A stretch of 64,000 nucleotides of DNA from Candidatus Thorarchaeota archaeon (GTDB lineage: Archaea; Asgardarchaeota; Thorarchaeia; Thorarchaeales; Thorarchaeaceae), in contig DXJO01000010.1 in assembly GCA_019057475.1 (NCBI GenBank), forward strand, positions 224,001 through 288,000. The letters run 5' to 3'. Each line of letters starts with the position of its first letter. Positions within the stretch are counted from its first letter, which is position 1. The notes beneath the pieces were generated by a model, which searched no databases, was not told the DNA's origin, and saw only the letters and a list, made by a program, of their open reading frames with translations. Of the stretch, positions 21,401 through 30,605 are shown piece by piece. Made by a program: the position numbers and the translations under genes.

Positions 21401-24400
21401 AAAGGTGGCGTTCACGTAGATGGTGAAGCTGTTGACCCCGTGAGAAAAGTTGGCCAAAGCAGTGACTCTGAACTCTCCAGCTGAAATCTGAACAGCAGGA
21501 TATATGACTCCGCTGACCTCAGCAGTTATGTTCAGTCCTTCTGGGACAGTGCTGTAGATGTCATAGACGAATACAGATATGTTGAAGTTAGATCCCGCTT
21601 CAGCGGTGCCAATGACGCTCACAGATGGATACAGGTCACCAATAACACCAAGATAGAACTGGTCAAATCTGCTGTTCTGCACGTACGTATGCGACACGAG
21701 AATCTCACACGAGTAGTTGCCTACTGGTAGGGACGCACTCTCATTGAGTAGATACCGTCCGGGTTCTATCTCCGAGAGAGTGAACTCCGTTGTGCCAAAG
21801 TCTAGAGCAACCGTTGCATTCGTGATATCATTGCCGAAGGGGTCTGTGATGTTCAACCAGATGGTGAAATACTCATCCTGGTTCACGAGTTCAGGTACGC
21901 TTCCCGAGATAGTTAAATCGTCTGCGAGAACTGAAACCGAAGCCGTATCAGATGCCGCTGCTGTCGCAAATGGGTGGTCCGCGGATGCTAGCACCGGGTG
22001 ACTTCCTGGAGCCAACGTAATGCTTTGTACCAATCTGTAGTAGGACTCACCCAAGTACTCTGTCGTGTAGTTTGTGCTGTCAAGTGCTATTGTGACATTG
22101 GCGTCCGTGACTTTTCCTCCAATACTGTCTGTTACGGTGACATTCACCTGGAGGTCTTCTCCCTGGGCAACCTGTGGCTGGACAAACAGGGTGACTGTAA
22201 GAGGCGACTCAACCCTCAGTGCGTTTGTGTGCGTTTCTGTGCAGGAGTCATAGTGCTGATGATTGACCGAGTGTGTTAGATTGACGAGCCCAATAGGCCA
22301 GTTCGGGACAATCGTTGTAGTGTAACGTTCCATCATGTCATCATATACTAGCCCCATCGTCTGCTCAGCCGTCCCAGCCCCAAACTCATATTCGACCACC
22401 AAAGATACTGAGGCGTCATAAACTGGCTCATCATACACATTCCAGACGGTCGTATTAGCCCACAGACTACTCCCCTGGATTGTAATGCTGGATTCTAGGG
22501 CAAAGGTAGCATTTAGTACGTAAAGCAGGTTGATGTTGCGAATTGTTGCCTGTGAATAGCGGGCTCGTAGGATCGGGAACGCCGCGATCTCCTCACCTGC
22601 TCCGATGTCAGTACTAGTAACACCAACCATGTTGAAGGTCATTCCAACGACTGCCCGGTAATCTACTTCTCCCTCGAAGCTGACGGCAGTCAACCTGTCA
22701 TCTGAGGTGGCGATAACAAACTCGTCCGCACCGTCGCCGTCATAGTCTAGTACAACCGTGCTCAGAGGTATTGCGTCACTGATGTAGGTACTCCACTGCT
22801 CCGGCTCTGGTTGCGCAAGGTCATGAAGTGATAGGTTCCCGTTTTCCTTGAATATGAAGATCTCCTGAACGCCGTCGTCGTCAAGGTCGTGTGGCACCAA
22901 CATTCTGATGTGATTATTTGAGGTTTCATAGACTGGTGCATCCCCGACCTGTACGGTCTGGTCATCGACAAAGCAGAGGTAGTTTGTAGGAGTGTCACCG
23001 GACCATGCTGTATAGAGGACTAGAAACTGCTCACTTAAGTGACTGGAATTCAGATATGGAAATATATCCATGGGCCAATCATCCACAGTACCCCCAGGTG
23101 ACACGAAGTCCAGTGTTTTGAGCAGTGTCGAATTGTACGCCTGAATGATATCAACCATCTTGTTCTCCCTCAATATGCCTAGCTGCGGCCGCGTACCTGA
23201 TATTGTGGCATAGGCCATTCCTACCACCAGTCCATTCTCGGGAAGATCGACATCTGTCTGTGAAGAGAGGTCACTTTCTACTCTGAATATGGAGGTCTTC
23301 GTGTCGTTACCTGCCACAAAGTGGATTTCATCTAGTCCGTCCTCATCATCGTCGAAGATCTTCAGAGGGTGGTAGGTGTTTGCTGGCGGTCTCGTAAAAG
23401 TAGCATTTTTCCATGACGTGCGATTGGACCCATGAAGGATCCAGAAGCGAGTGTGTGTGTCGTTGTATCCTGCCAGAATTGGGTCCAGAACTGTGTCGCC
23501 ATCTTGCATTCCCGTGTATACCTCGAAGCTTTCCCTGTATGTCACATTGTGGATTTCGAATTCGAGTATGTTTGTACCATTGGTAGCAACGGCTCTCAGA
23601 GTTGCAGTATGCTTTAGAGTTTCCCGTGTCACAAAATAGAGAATCTCTTCAGCCATTGACGTGTTGCCCGGAGCCATGACATGTCTGTGACCTTGGTCAA
23701 CGGTTGCGTTGTAGAAGTATCCGTCACCGAAATGGTCCTCCACGGTGAGAGTTTCTGGATTCGTGAAGTTCCCATATGAGTAGACGTTGAGATATGGATC
23801 CATGACCTCGATGTAATAGTCATAGTTTCCTGCCGTAAGGTCTGTTGTGATGTACAGGTACTTATCGTTGGGAGCCTTGATCATCTCGTTCCCAACGAAT
23901 GAGGTGACAGGTCCTCCACCTGTGGGTCTAATGAACAACGTAGCATGATCTATTGGGAGATCATCTGTGGCTGTTAGTTCAACCTTGAAGTAGCTGTCAT
24001 AGATGGTGGGGTGTGATGGATACAGGGGGTCGAGTGTAACGTCAGGGGCCGTCGTGTCGCTGAGAAGTATTGAGATCTGATCGGTAAGGGCCACCATATC
24101 CTCTCTGCCATCACCGTCTATGTCGAATGTCAGCACTTGGCGGAATGGCCCGGGAACTCTGTACTCCTCATATCCGGTTTCGCCAGTGCTTCCTCTAATC
24201 AGTGTCAGCTGATCGCGAGGCCCCGAGATTGTTATATCAGAATACGTGTCTGAGTCAAGCCTTGCAGTCGCGAACCCCCTGAAGTCTAGGCTAGTTGACT
24301 CTTCCATAGACTGTCCAATCAGTGTCCCATCACTTCCATCGACCACCCACAGGAAGTACCTCATCCAAGGAACAACAACCAAATCCTCTTGAGTGTCCTC

Positions 24401-25390
24401 ATTGAAGAAGCCTGCCTTGACATAGCATGCGTCGTAGTACTCAGGGATGGGTGTGATATAGTGGAGCGTCATGTTCGCATGATATGAAGCAAGGAAGCTC
24501 TTCACGCCCATCAGACTCATGACTGTGACCGCAAAATGGTCTAGCTCGTCATCATACGCGTAACTTGCGAGGTCAACACCCTCCACATGAGCTGAAGACG
24601 AAACACCTCCCAGTCTGGTGCCATTGCCAGCTATCACCGTGACGTTGGCTATGGGTTGAGACAATATATCGAACGTGTTATAGAGTATAGCAATCTCCTG
24701 TTGGTTGCTTGCAGAGAAGTTCCCCACACAGGCCCGCTTGATACGGCCAAAGGGATTGTAGACGCCCAGTTCACTACCATCCGTGAGGTCCATGATTCGG
24801 ACTGTATGGTCGTTGTAGACTGCAACATCAGTCTGACCATCATCGCTGAAGTTTCCGATTACTATCTCAATGGGGTCGATGACATCGCAGAAATGCCCCG
24901 TGACAGTGCCAGCGTCGAAGTCCACCACTACAAGATTCAAGAGAGTGGAGTTGTGCTGCATAAACAGGAACTCGGTGTAGCCATCACCATCAAGGTCTGC
25001 CCCAGTCAGAGTATTATGAAACACATATCCGCCTGAGATTACCAACGAATCGTTGGTCAGAGTGATGGGGTCCTTGAAGCGGATAGTATCCCCATGGACG
25101 TAGGCGTATCCCGACCCTTGTGGTGTTGTACCAACAGCAATTGACTCAACTGGATATGGTAGCTTGACTTTGATTAGGTTTGATGCAGGAGTCATGTAAC
25201 CATCATTCAACATAGGTGTCGCTCTTGCTCCTTCGGATATCGGAGATGTCGCAAGGAGCGGTGCTGCCAATAACAATAGTAAAAACGCGAGGAAGCCTAG
25301 CTTAACAACTAAGACATCTTGCTTTGAGTATTGACGTGCAATCGGTCTGCGGCTGCTCGTTGAAAATGTCTGGTGCATTACTAGTACCAC
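18464..25390 (-). CDS. giant surface/membrane protein: FG-GAP/VCBS-like propellers, about 10 Ig-like repeats, C-terminal 7-TM bundle and acidic tail
   Basis: N-terminal hydrophobic signal; DxDGDGxxD/E blades; repeated TDxxGNxxxxAxV strands; many NxS/T sequons; seven hydrophobic segments near the C-terminus. Confidence 0.85.
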   Translation of the reverse strand: MVLVMHQTFSTSSRRPIARQYSKQDVLVVKLGFLAFLLLLLAAPLLATSPISEGARATPMLNDGYMTPASNLIKVKLPYPVESIAVGTTPQGSGYAYVHGDTIRFKDPITLTNDSLVISGGYVFHNTLTGADLDGDGYTEFLFMQHNSTLLNLVVVDFDAGTVTGHFCDVIDPIEIVIGNFSDDGQTDVAVYNDHTVRIMDLTDGSELGVYNPFGRIKRACVGNFSASNQQEIAILYNTFDILSQPIANVTVIAGNGTRLGGVSSSAHVEGVDLASYAYDDELDHFAVTVMSLMGVKSFLASYHANMTLHYITPIPEYYDACYVKAGFFNEDTQEDLVVVPWMRYFLWVVDGSDGTLIGQSMEESTSLDFRGFATARLDSDTYSDITISGPRDQLTLIRGSTGETGYEEYRVPGPFRQVLTFDIDGDGREDMVALTDQISILLSDTTAPDVTLDPLYPSHPTIYDSYFKVELTATDDLPIDHATLFIRPTGGGPVTSFVGNEMIKAPNDKYLYITTDLTAGNYDYYIEVMDPYLNVYSYGNFTNPETLTVEDHFGDGYFYNATVDQGHRHVMAPGNTSMAEEILYFVTRETLKHTATLRAVATNGTNILEFEIHNVTYRESFEVYTGMQDGDTVLDPILAGYNDTHTRFWILHGSNRTSWKNATFTRPPANTYHPLKIFDDDEDGLDEIHFVAGNDTKTSIFRVESDLSSQTDVDLPENGLVVGMAYATISGTRPQLGILRENKMVDIIQAYNSTLLKTLDFVSPGGTVDDWPMDIFPYLNSSHLSEQFLVLYTAWSGDTPTNYLCFVDDQTVQVGDAPVYETSNNHIRMLVPHDLDDDGVQEIFIFKENGNLSLHDLAQPEPEQWSTYISDAIPLSTVVLDYDGDGADEFVIATSDDRLTAVSFEGEVDYRAVVGMTFNMVGVTSTDIGAGEEIAAFPILRARYSQATIRNINLLYVLNATFALESSITIQGSSLWANTTVWNVYDEPVYDASVSLVVEYEFGAGTAEQTMGLVYDDMMERYTTTIVPNWPIGLVNLTHSVNHQHYDSCTETHTNALRVESPLTVTLFVQPQVAQGEDLQVNVTVTDSIGGKVTDANVTIALDSTNYTTEYLGESYYRLVQSITLAPGSHPVLASADHPFATAAASDTASVSVLADDLTISGSVPELVNQDEYFTIWLNITDPFGNDITNATVALDFGTTEFTLSEIEPGRYLLNESASLPVGNYSCEILVSHTYVQNSRFDQFYLGVIGDLYPSVSVIGTAEAGSNFNISVFVYDIYSTVPEGLNITAEVSGVIYPAVQISAGEFRVTALANFSHGVNSFTIYVNATFGNARSDIYDVYVYSDAYMTIDSSLGWVVNQTDSTVLTVSLSDWIGSPVIGATVIAISPSSLAFQDNGDGTYSVTFDTVGYALGEHTVLVTAGHTYLHEGQTAHGLAVVGEADVALTSIPFPVQNKLNVTFNFTITDRYGNPISNFNYTLDFAGVYNKSGTSNSYRLSWTVDPSFTPGAYWLGMTLNGTHLQFSTFDFSIDVQGVVSARILAPTDEASFAQGNPIQFVVHVQDEIFSNITEADVDLVLYGSTIALVEASPGIYTVTVATISFPPGEYLAQITVSQSFMNTQQLAVSFSITGNAYIAVTTKPSTVLNNQNVTFEIIVTDQYGNPVNDFDYVISFGNQYNTSGSSTFYNQTWTFLPLLPPDSYTLNVTVSGPHIAQKTLTTVIPVKSDVMITMMSPTEGQLHVQGNDSVLFVVELKDMLGNAMNDSSVSVLIHESLFMLNDLHNGTYSYNVPTAGWAARTYNWTLMVSHTYFAQDTTVRGTVKILAELNFRIEFWPQEPQQGEQLNITVEATDKYGNLMLNLAITITFQNQTKDAVEIPNSGKYSVNFLVADQGFGVEDIVVEAHGATCIANQDEAAVNIVVAVPQLSLDAESFGYLAAISFLVSFLGMLVYFRISSGLSITRGTQEILIQGIRKLDYLYLGVVGMAGLTVLHSYLSAGAGDYGLAVAESILLLGISLILYGIWLYRDASSTIRSTQKIGKKRMILGLWHLIFVPIVIVQIFEWGKHIEWLEFYVLQNVFHFGEVAIPTIMLTIFAAYISSIVVVVLNLYREIGKGLMRIQEMAVLGTPPVVVEQECVDLVEKMSSSIRMKFFMFLVVLTGTTVLTMDFLRSYSLGVIVLMPVVFLVIVPFVSSRMAKGVSRVSTIMRGRHTREKSLSKIADEGAEIVPVIDEVSLDTLKIEPVEEAILESEPDVEPETEESKTRLKKRLTKRDLINLLPPEIKEAVGVEELGKLSKSALEALLPPVDEEL

Positions 25391-25642
25391 CTGATAGCTT
25401 GGTCCGTTTAGTCAGAGCTGTTTTGAAACGCCTCCTCCCTGCAAGGGGCTGACTATGGCATCAAACAACCATACCAATACTATTCTGAGCTGTATTTAGC
25501 GTTCTTCGGATGTGTATGCAGCCTCTAGGAAGGACATACGGTTAAAGAACTGAAGCGAAATCACACTAGAACAGGCGACTGTGTTTCAGAGTCGCGAATT
25601 GGCCAGGCATATTGTCCGACATCACAACGGGACTAGTGCAAT

Positions 25643-26083
25643 TCACTCATCGAGGAACTTCGTTGGCACGCTTGCTGCGGTTGACACGAGCTCAGCAGCA
25701 GCCTTTGTGTACCGCATGATTTTGCCCATGTTGTCGCCCTTACCAAGACTGAACTTACGCGACATTAGTCCCTTTATCGGGTCTATCTCTCCAGCAAATA
25801 GCTTCTTCCAATTGGCATAAGTTCCCGAATAGGTAAACTCCGCCTTATCGTCATCCTTTGCCATTCTAGCCTCTCTGCAGTCACCATGCCAGAGGTCTAT
25901 GTAGAGTTTCATAGGCTCTTTGATAATATCCCCGTCGGCGTTGACCTGAAAAATAAAATCGCCTTCCCAGTCGCTCGCAGCGTCTTTGTACGCGGCGTTT
26001 TCATTAAGCAATTCCCAATACTTGGCCACCCACTCTTCAGAGGGGAACAGAAGCTTCTCTTTATTCATCGCAGTAATCTCCAT
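25643..26083 (-). CDS. SCP2 sterol-carrier domain protein
   Basis: FPSEEW...WEGDFIF...DLWHGDCR...GEIDPIKGLMSRKF. Confidence 0.88.
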   Translation of the reverse strand: MEITAMNKEKLLFPSEEWVAKYWELLNENAAYKDAASDWEGDFIFQVNADGDIIKEPMKLYIDLWHGDCREARMAKDDDKAEFTYSGTYANWKKLFAGEIDPIKGLMSRKFSLGKGDNMGKIMRYTKAAAELVSTAASVPTKFLDE

Positions 26084-26139
26084 TGTCTACTGTTGACTGT
26101 AATTGAGAATCGAGAGAAAAGCCTTCTGGCTCATGTGTA

Positions 26140-26559
26140 TCATTCATCAGAGAACCTTGTAGGCACTCCTGTTGACGTCGCGACAAGCTCTTGGGCGGCA
26201 CTAATGTAGCGCAACACCTTCACCATGCTTCCTTTGATCTTGAACCTGCGTGAAAGCAATCCCTTGATCGGGCCCATTTCCTGATTAAGGAGTTTCTTCC
26301 AGTTTTCGAGCGTTCCAGAGTAAACAAACTCGGCAGATTCCCCCGGTGCAGCAAGATGAACTGCTCTGCACTTACCATGCCATAAATCTACATACGCTCT
26401 AATCGGTTCTGTCACAGTCTTGCCATCTGAATCAATCTGGAAGATGAAATCGCCTTCCCAGTCTTTTGCCACCTCTTCGTACTGCTGGTTACTGTTGAGG
26501 AGTTCCATGTATCTCTTCATCCAATCCTCGGACAGGAATAGCAGCTTATTCTCGTTCAT
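26140..26559 (-). CDS. SCP2 sterol-carrier domain protein (tandem paralog)
   Basis: FLSEDW...WEGDFIF...DLWHGKCR...GPIKGLLSRRFKIKG. Confidence 0.88.
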   Translation of the reverse strand: MNENKLLFLSEDWMKRYMELLNSNQQYEEVAKDWEGDFIFQIDSDGKTVTEPIRAYVDLWHGKCRAVHLAAPGESAEFVYSGTLENWKKLLNQEMGPIKGLLSRRFKIKGSMVKVLRYISAAQELVATSTGVPTRFSDE

Positions 26560-26589
26560 GGCAATCTCACAGTAGTGTCCAAGTCAGCA

Positions 26590-27294
26590 TTAGTTTTTTG
26601 GTTTCGAGGCAGATCGCTTCTTCGGCGGGGGCACCCATAGAGGAAGATTGAGCGCATCTGCAAGCTTGGCCTGCTCCTCGTTTCGTCCAACTCCGTTCAA
26701 CCAATGCGCGTCGCTACCGAGTGTGAAGCGGCATCCCTGGTCCTTGGCGGTTTCGAAGAACTCAAGGTTGTCCGGTGGGTACCTAGAATTCAGTTCTACT
26801 GCAATATCATTCTCTGCCAATGCAGCCGCAACGATTTCGCCATCAGCCTGTCTGTATGTGGATAAATAACCATCAAAGTGGCCTAGGATATGCATCACCC
26901 CTCGTTTGGATGCCCCAATCACAGCAGACGCCCACCTAGATGAGTCACTGCCCCAGTGTACGGAACCTATGACAAGGTCAAACTGTTCATGGCCTCCCGC
27001 GACCTTAGAGAAAGTCCCGTCTGGCATGATATCTATCTCTGCACCATCGAGAACTCTAATCTTCGGGAAGTCCGCTCTAGCTGACTCGATTGCGCCTCTG
27101 CGTTCACGGATGAGTCCAATTCCTCCCTGATTGGACCCGATACTCGGCCAAAAGTGGTCACAAATCGCGATGATCTCAAGCCTCAACTGCATTGCGCGTT
27201 CAACAAGTGCTCCGATTGTTTCTGCGCCGTCTGAGAAGCGGGAGTGAATGTGCAGATCTGATTTCCGAGGATTCATTGGACTCACAGAGCCCAA
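26590..27294 (-). CDS. PHP-domain phosphoesterase
   Basis: DLHIHS, CDH, GSVH, GH, GSDAH metal ligands. Confidence 0.9.
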   Translation of the reverse strand: MGSVSPMNPRKSDLHIHSRFSDGAETIGALVERAMQLRLEIIAICDHFWPSIGSNQGGIGLIRERRGAIESARADFPKIRVLDGAEIDIMPDGTFSKVAGGHEQFDLVIGSVHWGSDSSRWASAVIGASKRGVMHILGHFDGYLSTYRQADGEIVAAALAENDIAVELNSRYPPDNLEFFETAKDQGCRFTLGSDAHWLNGVGRNEEQAKLADALNLPLWVPPPKKRSASKPKN

Positions 27295-27756
27295 CTATTT
27301 CAGGAGCTTCTTTCCGAGATTGCGCCCAAAATCCCGGGCTGTTAGCGCTTCAGCCTCATGAAGAGGCCCCTTCATTTCCATAACCTCAGCGGATAGTCCC
27401 TCTGAAACCAATGTTAAACCAGGCACCTTGTTTCTCACCACAGCTTTCATGCTCTCGATTGCCCTCCCATTATGGGCTCCCATGTATGTTTCAAAGAGGG
27501 CTCCGGTCTTTCTTTTTACGCCCGCCTTGCCAACCTTCTTTATGAACCCACGAATCCCTCGAGTTGCCCTGTTCATATGGACGGGACAGCCAAACAGAAT
27601 CACGTCGTATTTCGACACTTCAGCTGGGTCAAGGTCCTTTGGTTTGCTGAGCGTGCAACTAATCTTTCCGGCTTCCTCCATCCCAGCGGCAATTTCCTGA
27701 GCTACCTGCTCCGTATTGCCGTATTTGCTTTCGTAGATGATAATGGCTGTCTTCAA
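27295..27756 (-). CDS. flavodoxin family protein
   Basis: YESKYGNTEQVA FMN loop, ILFGCPVH; start probably TTG 27756 (track gives 27810). Confidence 0.88.
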   Translation of the reverse strand: MKTAIIIYESKYGNTEQVAQEIAAGMEEAGKISCTLSKPKDLDPAEVSKYDVILFGCPVHMNRATRGIRGFIKKVGKAGVKRKTGALFETYMGAHNGRAIESMKAVVRNKVPGLTLVSEGLSAEVMEMKGPLHEAEALTARDFGRNLGKKLLK

Positions 27757-27876
27757 AATCACACCTGCTGCATTTATGCTCTCTGCGGAATTAAACCTAC
27801 CTAAATGCACAATGCGATTTCCTTCATTCGCATGTCTTATTACAAAATGCTTGCTGCTTACTGAGGAGGAATTGGC

Positions 27877-28476
27877 ATGTCACGGCCCATTGATGCAACG
27901 ATTATCGAGGTCGAGCTACCAGACGAAGTGTGGAACAGGGACGGCCTTATCGTTGTGGAGCTCGTTACTGGCGAGCGCCTAAGAATGAAATACGGCCCTG
28001 ATGCAAAAGGAACCTTGCCCAAAATAGGACAAAAAATAACGCTAAGCTACAGGGACTTGATGGCACTCCAAAGGGCACAACCATTGCCACCTGCACCTCA
28101 TTTCGATTCCCGGCCGCAATTTCCCGCCAAGACGTGGGACAATGAGGACCCTTTCGGAAGCTTCGAATCCACCTACAACAAACCTGGGGGTGTTGTTCTG
28201 ATTGTTGTCTTCAACCTAGTAATTTCCATGTTCGGACTTCTTTTTGGATTCCTAATATTGTCTATTTCTTCTGCGGCGATCCTCTTAGGGGCCATTTTCT
28301 TAGTCATTGGTGTCTTTCTGCTGGTCGTATCATACGGCCTTTACAGGCTAGAATCGTGGGCTCGTACGGCATACATGGTTTTCAGCGTGCTCATCTGTTT
28401 CACAATCATTGGAGCTGTCATAGGTGTCCCCATCCTCATCTACCTATACAGTGATGTGAAGAACAGCTTCGATTGA
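27877..28476 (+). CDS. hypothetical membrane protein (small soluble N-domain, Pro-rich linker, 3-4 TM)
   Basis: GAGGAGG upstream of ATG; hydrophobic C-terminal half with GLYRLESWAR. Confidence 0.75.
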   Translation: MSRPIDATIIEVELPDEVWNRDGLIVVELVTGERLRMKYGPDAKGTLPKIGQKITLSYRDLMALQRAQPLPPAPHFDSRPQFPAKTWDNEDPFGSFESTYNKPGGVVLIVVFNLVISMFGLLFGFLILSISSAAILLGAIFLVIGVFLLVVSYGLYRLESWARTAYMVFSVLICFTIIGAVIGVPILIYLYSDVKNSFD

Positions 28477-28532
28477 CGCGCGTCAGAAAATGAGTTCCCT
28501 GTACGCAAGAAAGCCCCTCTTCGGCACCTGAT

Positions 28533-28645
28533 GTTTGACAAATGCGGTTCGATTGGAATTTACCGAACGTTTGGCGTTCACCAAACTATTTATAAACAAA
28601 TGCGCTTATGTTTGGTATAAGTCAAACGTTCCGATTTCACGGAAC
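28533..28645 (+). promoter_or_regulatory. promoter (TTTATAAA 28589-28596) bracketed by abutting 18-bp palindromic operator boxes
   Basis: GATTGG-N6-CCGAAC 28551, GTTTGG-N6-CCAAAC 28569, GTTTGG-N6-TCAAAC 28610, GTTCCG-N6-CGGAAC 28628; weaker half-box at 28533. Confidence 0.8.
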
Positions 28646-28665
28646 AATCACATGGTGAAACGACA

Positions 28666-29589
28666 ATGTCAAACTCAAAGACTGATTTCAACACGATAAT
28701 AGACGACATGATGACAAGCCTTAGACTTGCAGGGGACAATTTTCTCACTTTCTTCCTTGCGGGTCTTGGAATGGCCGCTTTAGCAATTCTGATGATAGTA
28801 GCAATCACGATACCACTCGGTCTCGCAGCTGCTGTTGTCTTTTCTATGGGTCCCACATTCTGGGCTGACATGGGCCCTGGCATGATGACCTTTGCAACAG
28901 CTAACCCTTACCTCGTTGTAGGTCTAGTTGCTTTGATTGCATTGCCTTTTGTGGGTGTTCTCACGACTGTTGTGGGTGCTATCTATGGCATCAGCAAGGA
29001 AGTCGTGGAAGACGGCGAGACTAAGGCTGAGAATGCTTTCTCCTGGTTCAAGCGCAGATTTCTGGCATTTGCAGGTGCAGGGATCATTCAATCCCTGATT
29101 GTAGTAGGACCTATCTTCCTCCTTAGTGCCATGATTTCTCCAACGTTAGGTGGCAGCGTCACCGGCGTTTACTCCGTTCTCCTTGGCGTGTTCGCATTTG
29201 TGTGGGTCTTCATTACTGAAGGACTCCTCTCCATGATGCTCCCTGCAGTTGTCGACGGGAAGAACCCGATTGAAGCACTCCGCGTTTCGGTTAAACTAGG
29301 CATTGATCGATTCGACAGGGTCTTTGGAATCTGGACTGCATACATCGTACTATTTGCGGCGATGGCAGCTCCAGCTTTCTTGGTCGCTTATGGAGTTGGC
29401 TTCACCCCTGGGATGCACATGGCAATTCCTATGATTGCCGTGGTAGCCGGGGGCTGGACCGCGCTAGCTGGTCTGTTACTGGTTGCAATCGTGCTTCCAA
29501 GCATGATTCTAGCCCGCGCACGCGTATATGCAATCCTGACCGGCAAGCGTCTAGCCGCGCCCAAGGCACTTGAGGTGCCAATTGTATAG
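28666..29589 (+). CDS. multi-pass membrane protein (paralog 1)
   Basis: About 6 TM; PAVVDGKNPIEALRVS...FDRVF motif shared with the next gene. Confidence 0.85.
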   Translation: MSNSKTDFNTIIDDMMTSLRLAGDNFLTFFLAGLGMAALAILMIVAITIPLGLAAAVVFSMGPTFWADMGPGMMTFATANPYLVVGLVALIALPFVGVLTTVVGAIYGISKEVVEDGETKAENAFSWFKRRFLAFAGAGIIQSLIVVGPIFLLSAMISPTLGGSVTGVYSVLLGVFAFVWVFITEGLLSMMLPAVVDGKNPIEALRVSVKLGIDRFDRVFGIWTAYIVLFAAMAAPAFLVAYGVGFTPGMHMAIPMIAVVAGGWTALAGLLLVAIVLPSMILARARVYAILTGKRLAAPKALEVPIV

Positions 29590-29669
29590 AACAATCGAGT
29601 GGACTTAAAGGGTGCCTACATTCTTGCAGTGCAGGCACTCACCACTCACCTTGTCGAGGTGTCTGAACG

Positions 29670-30602
29670 ATGATGAAGGGTTCGAGCTTTACAATCCTGA
29701 TGGACGATTTGAAGGCGAGCTTCAAGCTTGCGGTTAAGAACATCCTGTCTTTTCTTTTCGGGATGATTGGTGTGATCATTGTCACGGTTCTCTTGATAGC
29801 AGTCATGGCAATAGCAGTCGTACCGTTCGTAGTCCTCTTTCTAGGCATTGAGGGAATGACCAACGCCATTACTCAACTCGCACCGCTCATGGAAACTGAA
29901 AGCGGAGCTGCTATGGTTATTTTCGGATTTGGCATGATTGTAATCTTGCCATTCCTGATTCCGTTCTTCGTTTCCGTAGGTGCGCTCTTTGGGATGGGCA
30001 GAGAGATTGCTGAGAGTGAGGATACAAATGCTGAAGGTGTCTTCTCTTGGTACTCTCGCAAGTTCTTCTCCTTTGTTGGAGGTGGACTAATCATCTTCCT
30101 GATCTCAATGATGCCGTTAGCTCTTCTGATGCTTGCTCTAATTCCAGTGCATGGAGGATCTCCTGGCGGACCATTTGCGTGGGTTCTCCCAGTTGGGGCA
30201 TTCATCTGGTTGACTGTGAGCTTGAGCATGTTGTCAATGACGTACCCAGCCATAGTGGACGGGTATTCACCTATTGAGGCAACGAAGATATCCTTGAGGA
30301 TGGGCTGGACCTACTTTGACCGCGTTTTCTCGACGTTCCTGTCTTTCATTGTGATAATCGTTCTCCTATTCGCACCCTTCGCCATTGGGGCATTTGTGAG
30401 CCTGTCACTGGGCCCAGAATTCCTCGGGCCGCTAGCGCTGTTTGGCGGCTATGTGATGTTAGCCTTTCTCTTCTTAGCTCTGGTTGTGCTCCCTGCTTTC
30501 ATCATATCGCTCAATCGAGTATACATAATCCTAAGCGGAGAAGACATCACACCACCTCCAGAAGATGAACATCCTGATGTTAGCCTCGTGGGAGGGATAT
30601 GA
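29670..30602 (+). CDS. multi-pass membrane protein (paralog 2)
   Basis: PAIVDGYSPIEATKIS...FDRVF; colinear with the previous gene. Confidence 0.85.
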   Translation: MMKGSSFTILMDDLKASFKLAVKNILSFLFGMIGVIIVTVLLIAVMAIAVVPFVVLFLGIEGMTNAITQLAPLMETESGAAMVIFGFGMIVILPFLIPFFVSVGALFGMGREIAESEDTNAEGVFSWYSRKFFSFVGGGLIIFLISMMPLALLMLALIPVHGGSPGGPFAWVLPVGAFIWLTVSLSMLSMTYPAIVDGYSPIEATKISLRMGWTYFDRVFSTFLSFIVIIVLLFAPFAIGAFVSLSLGPEFLGPLALFGGYVMLAFLFLALVVLPAFIISLNRVYIILSGEDITPPPEDEHPDVSLVGGI

Positions 30603-30605
30603 ACG

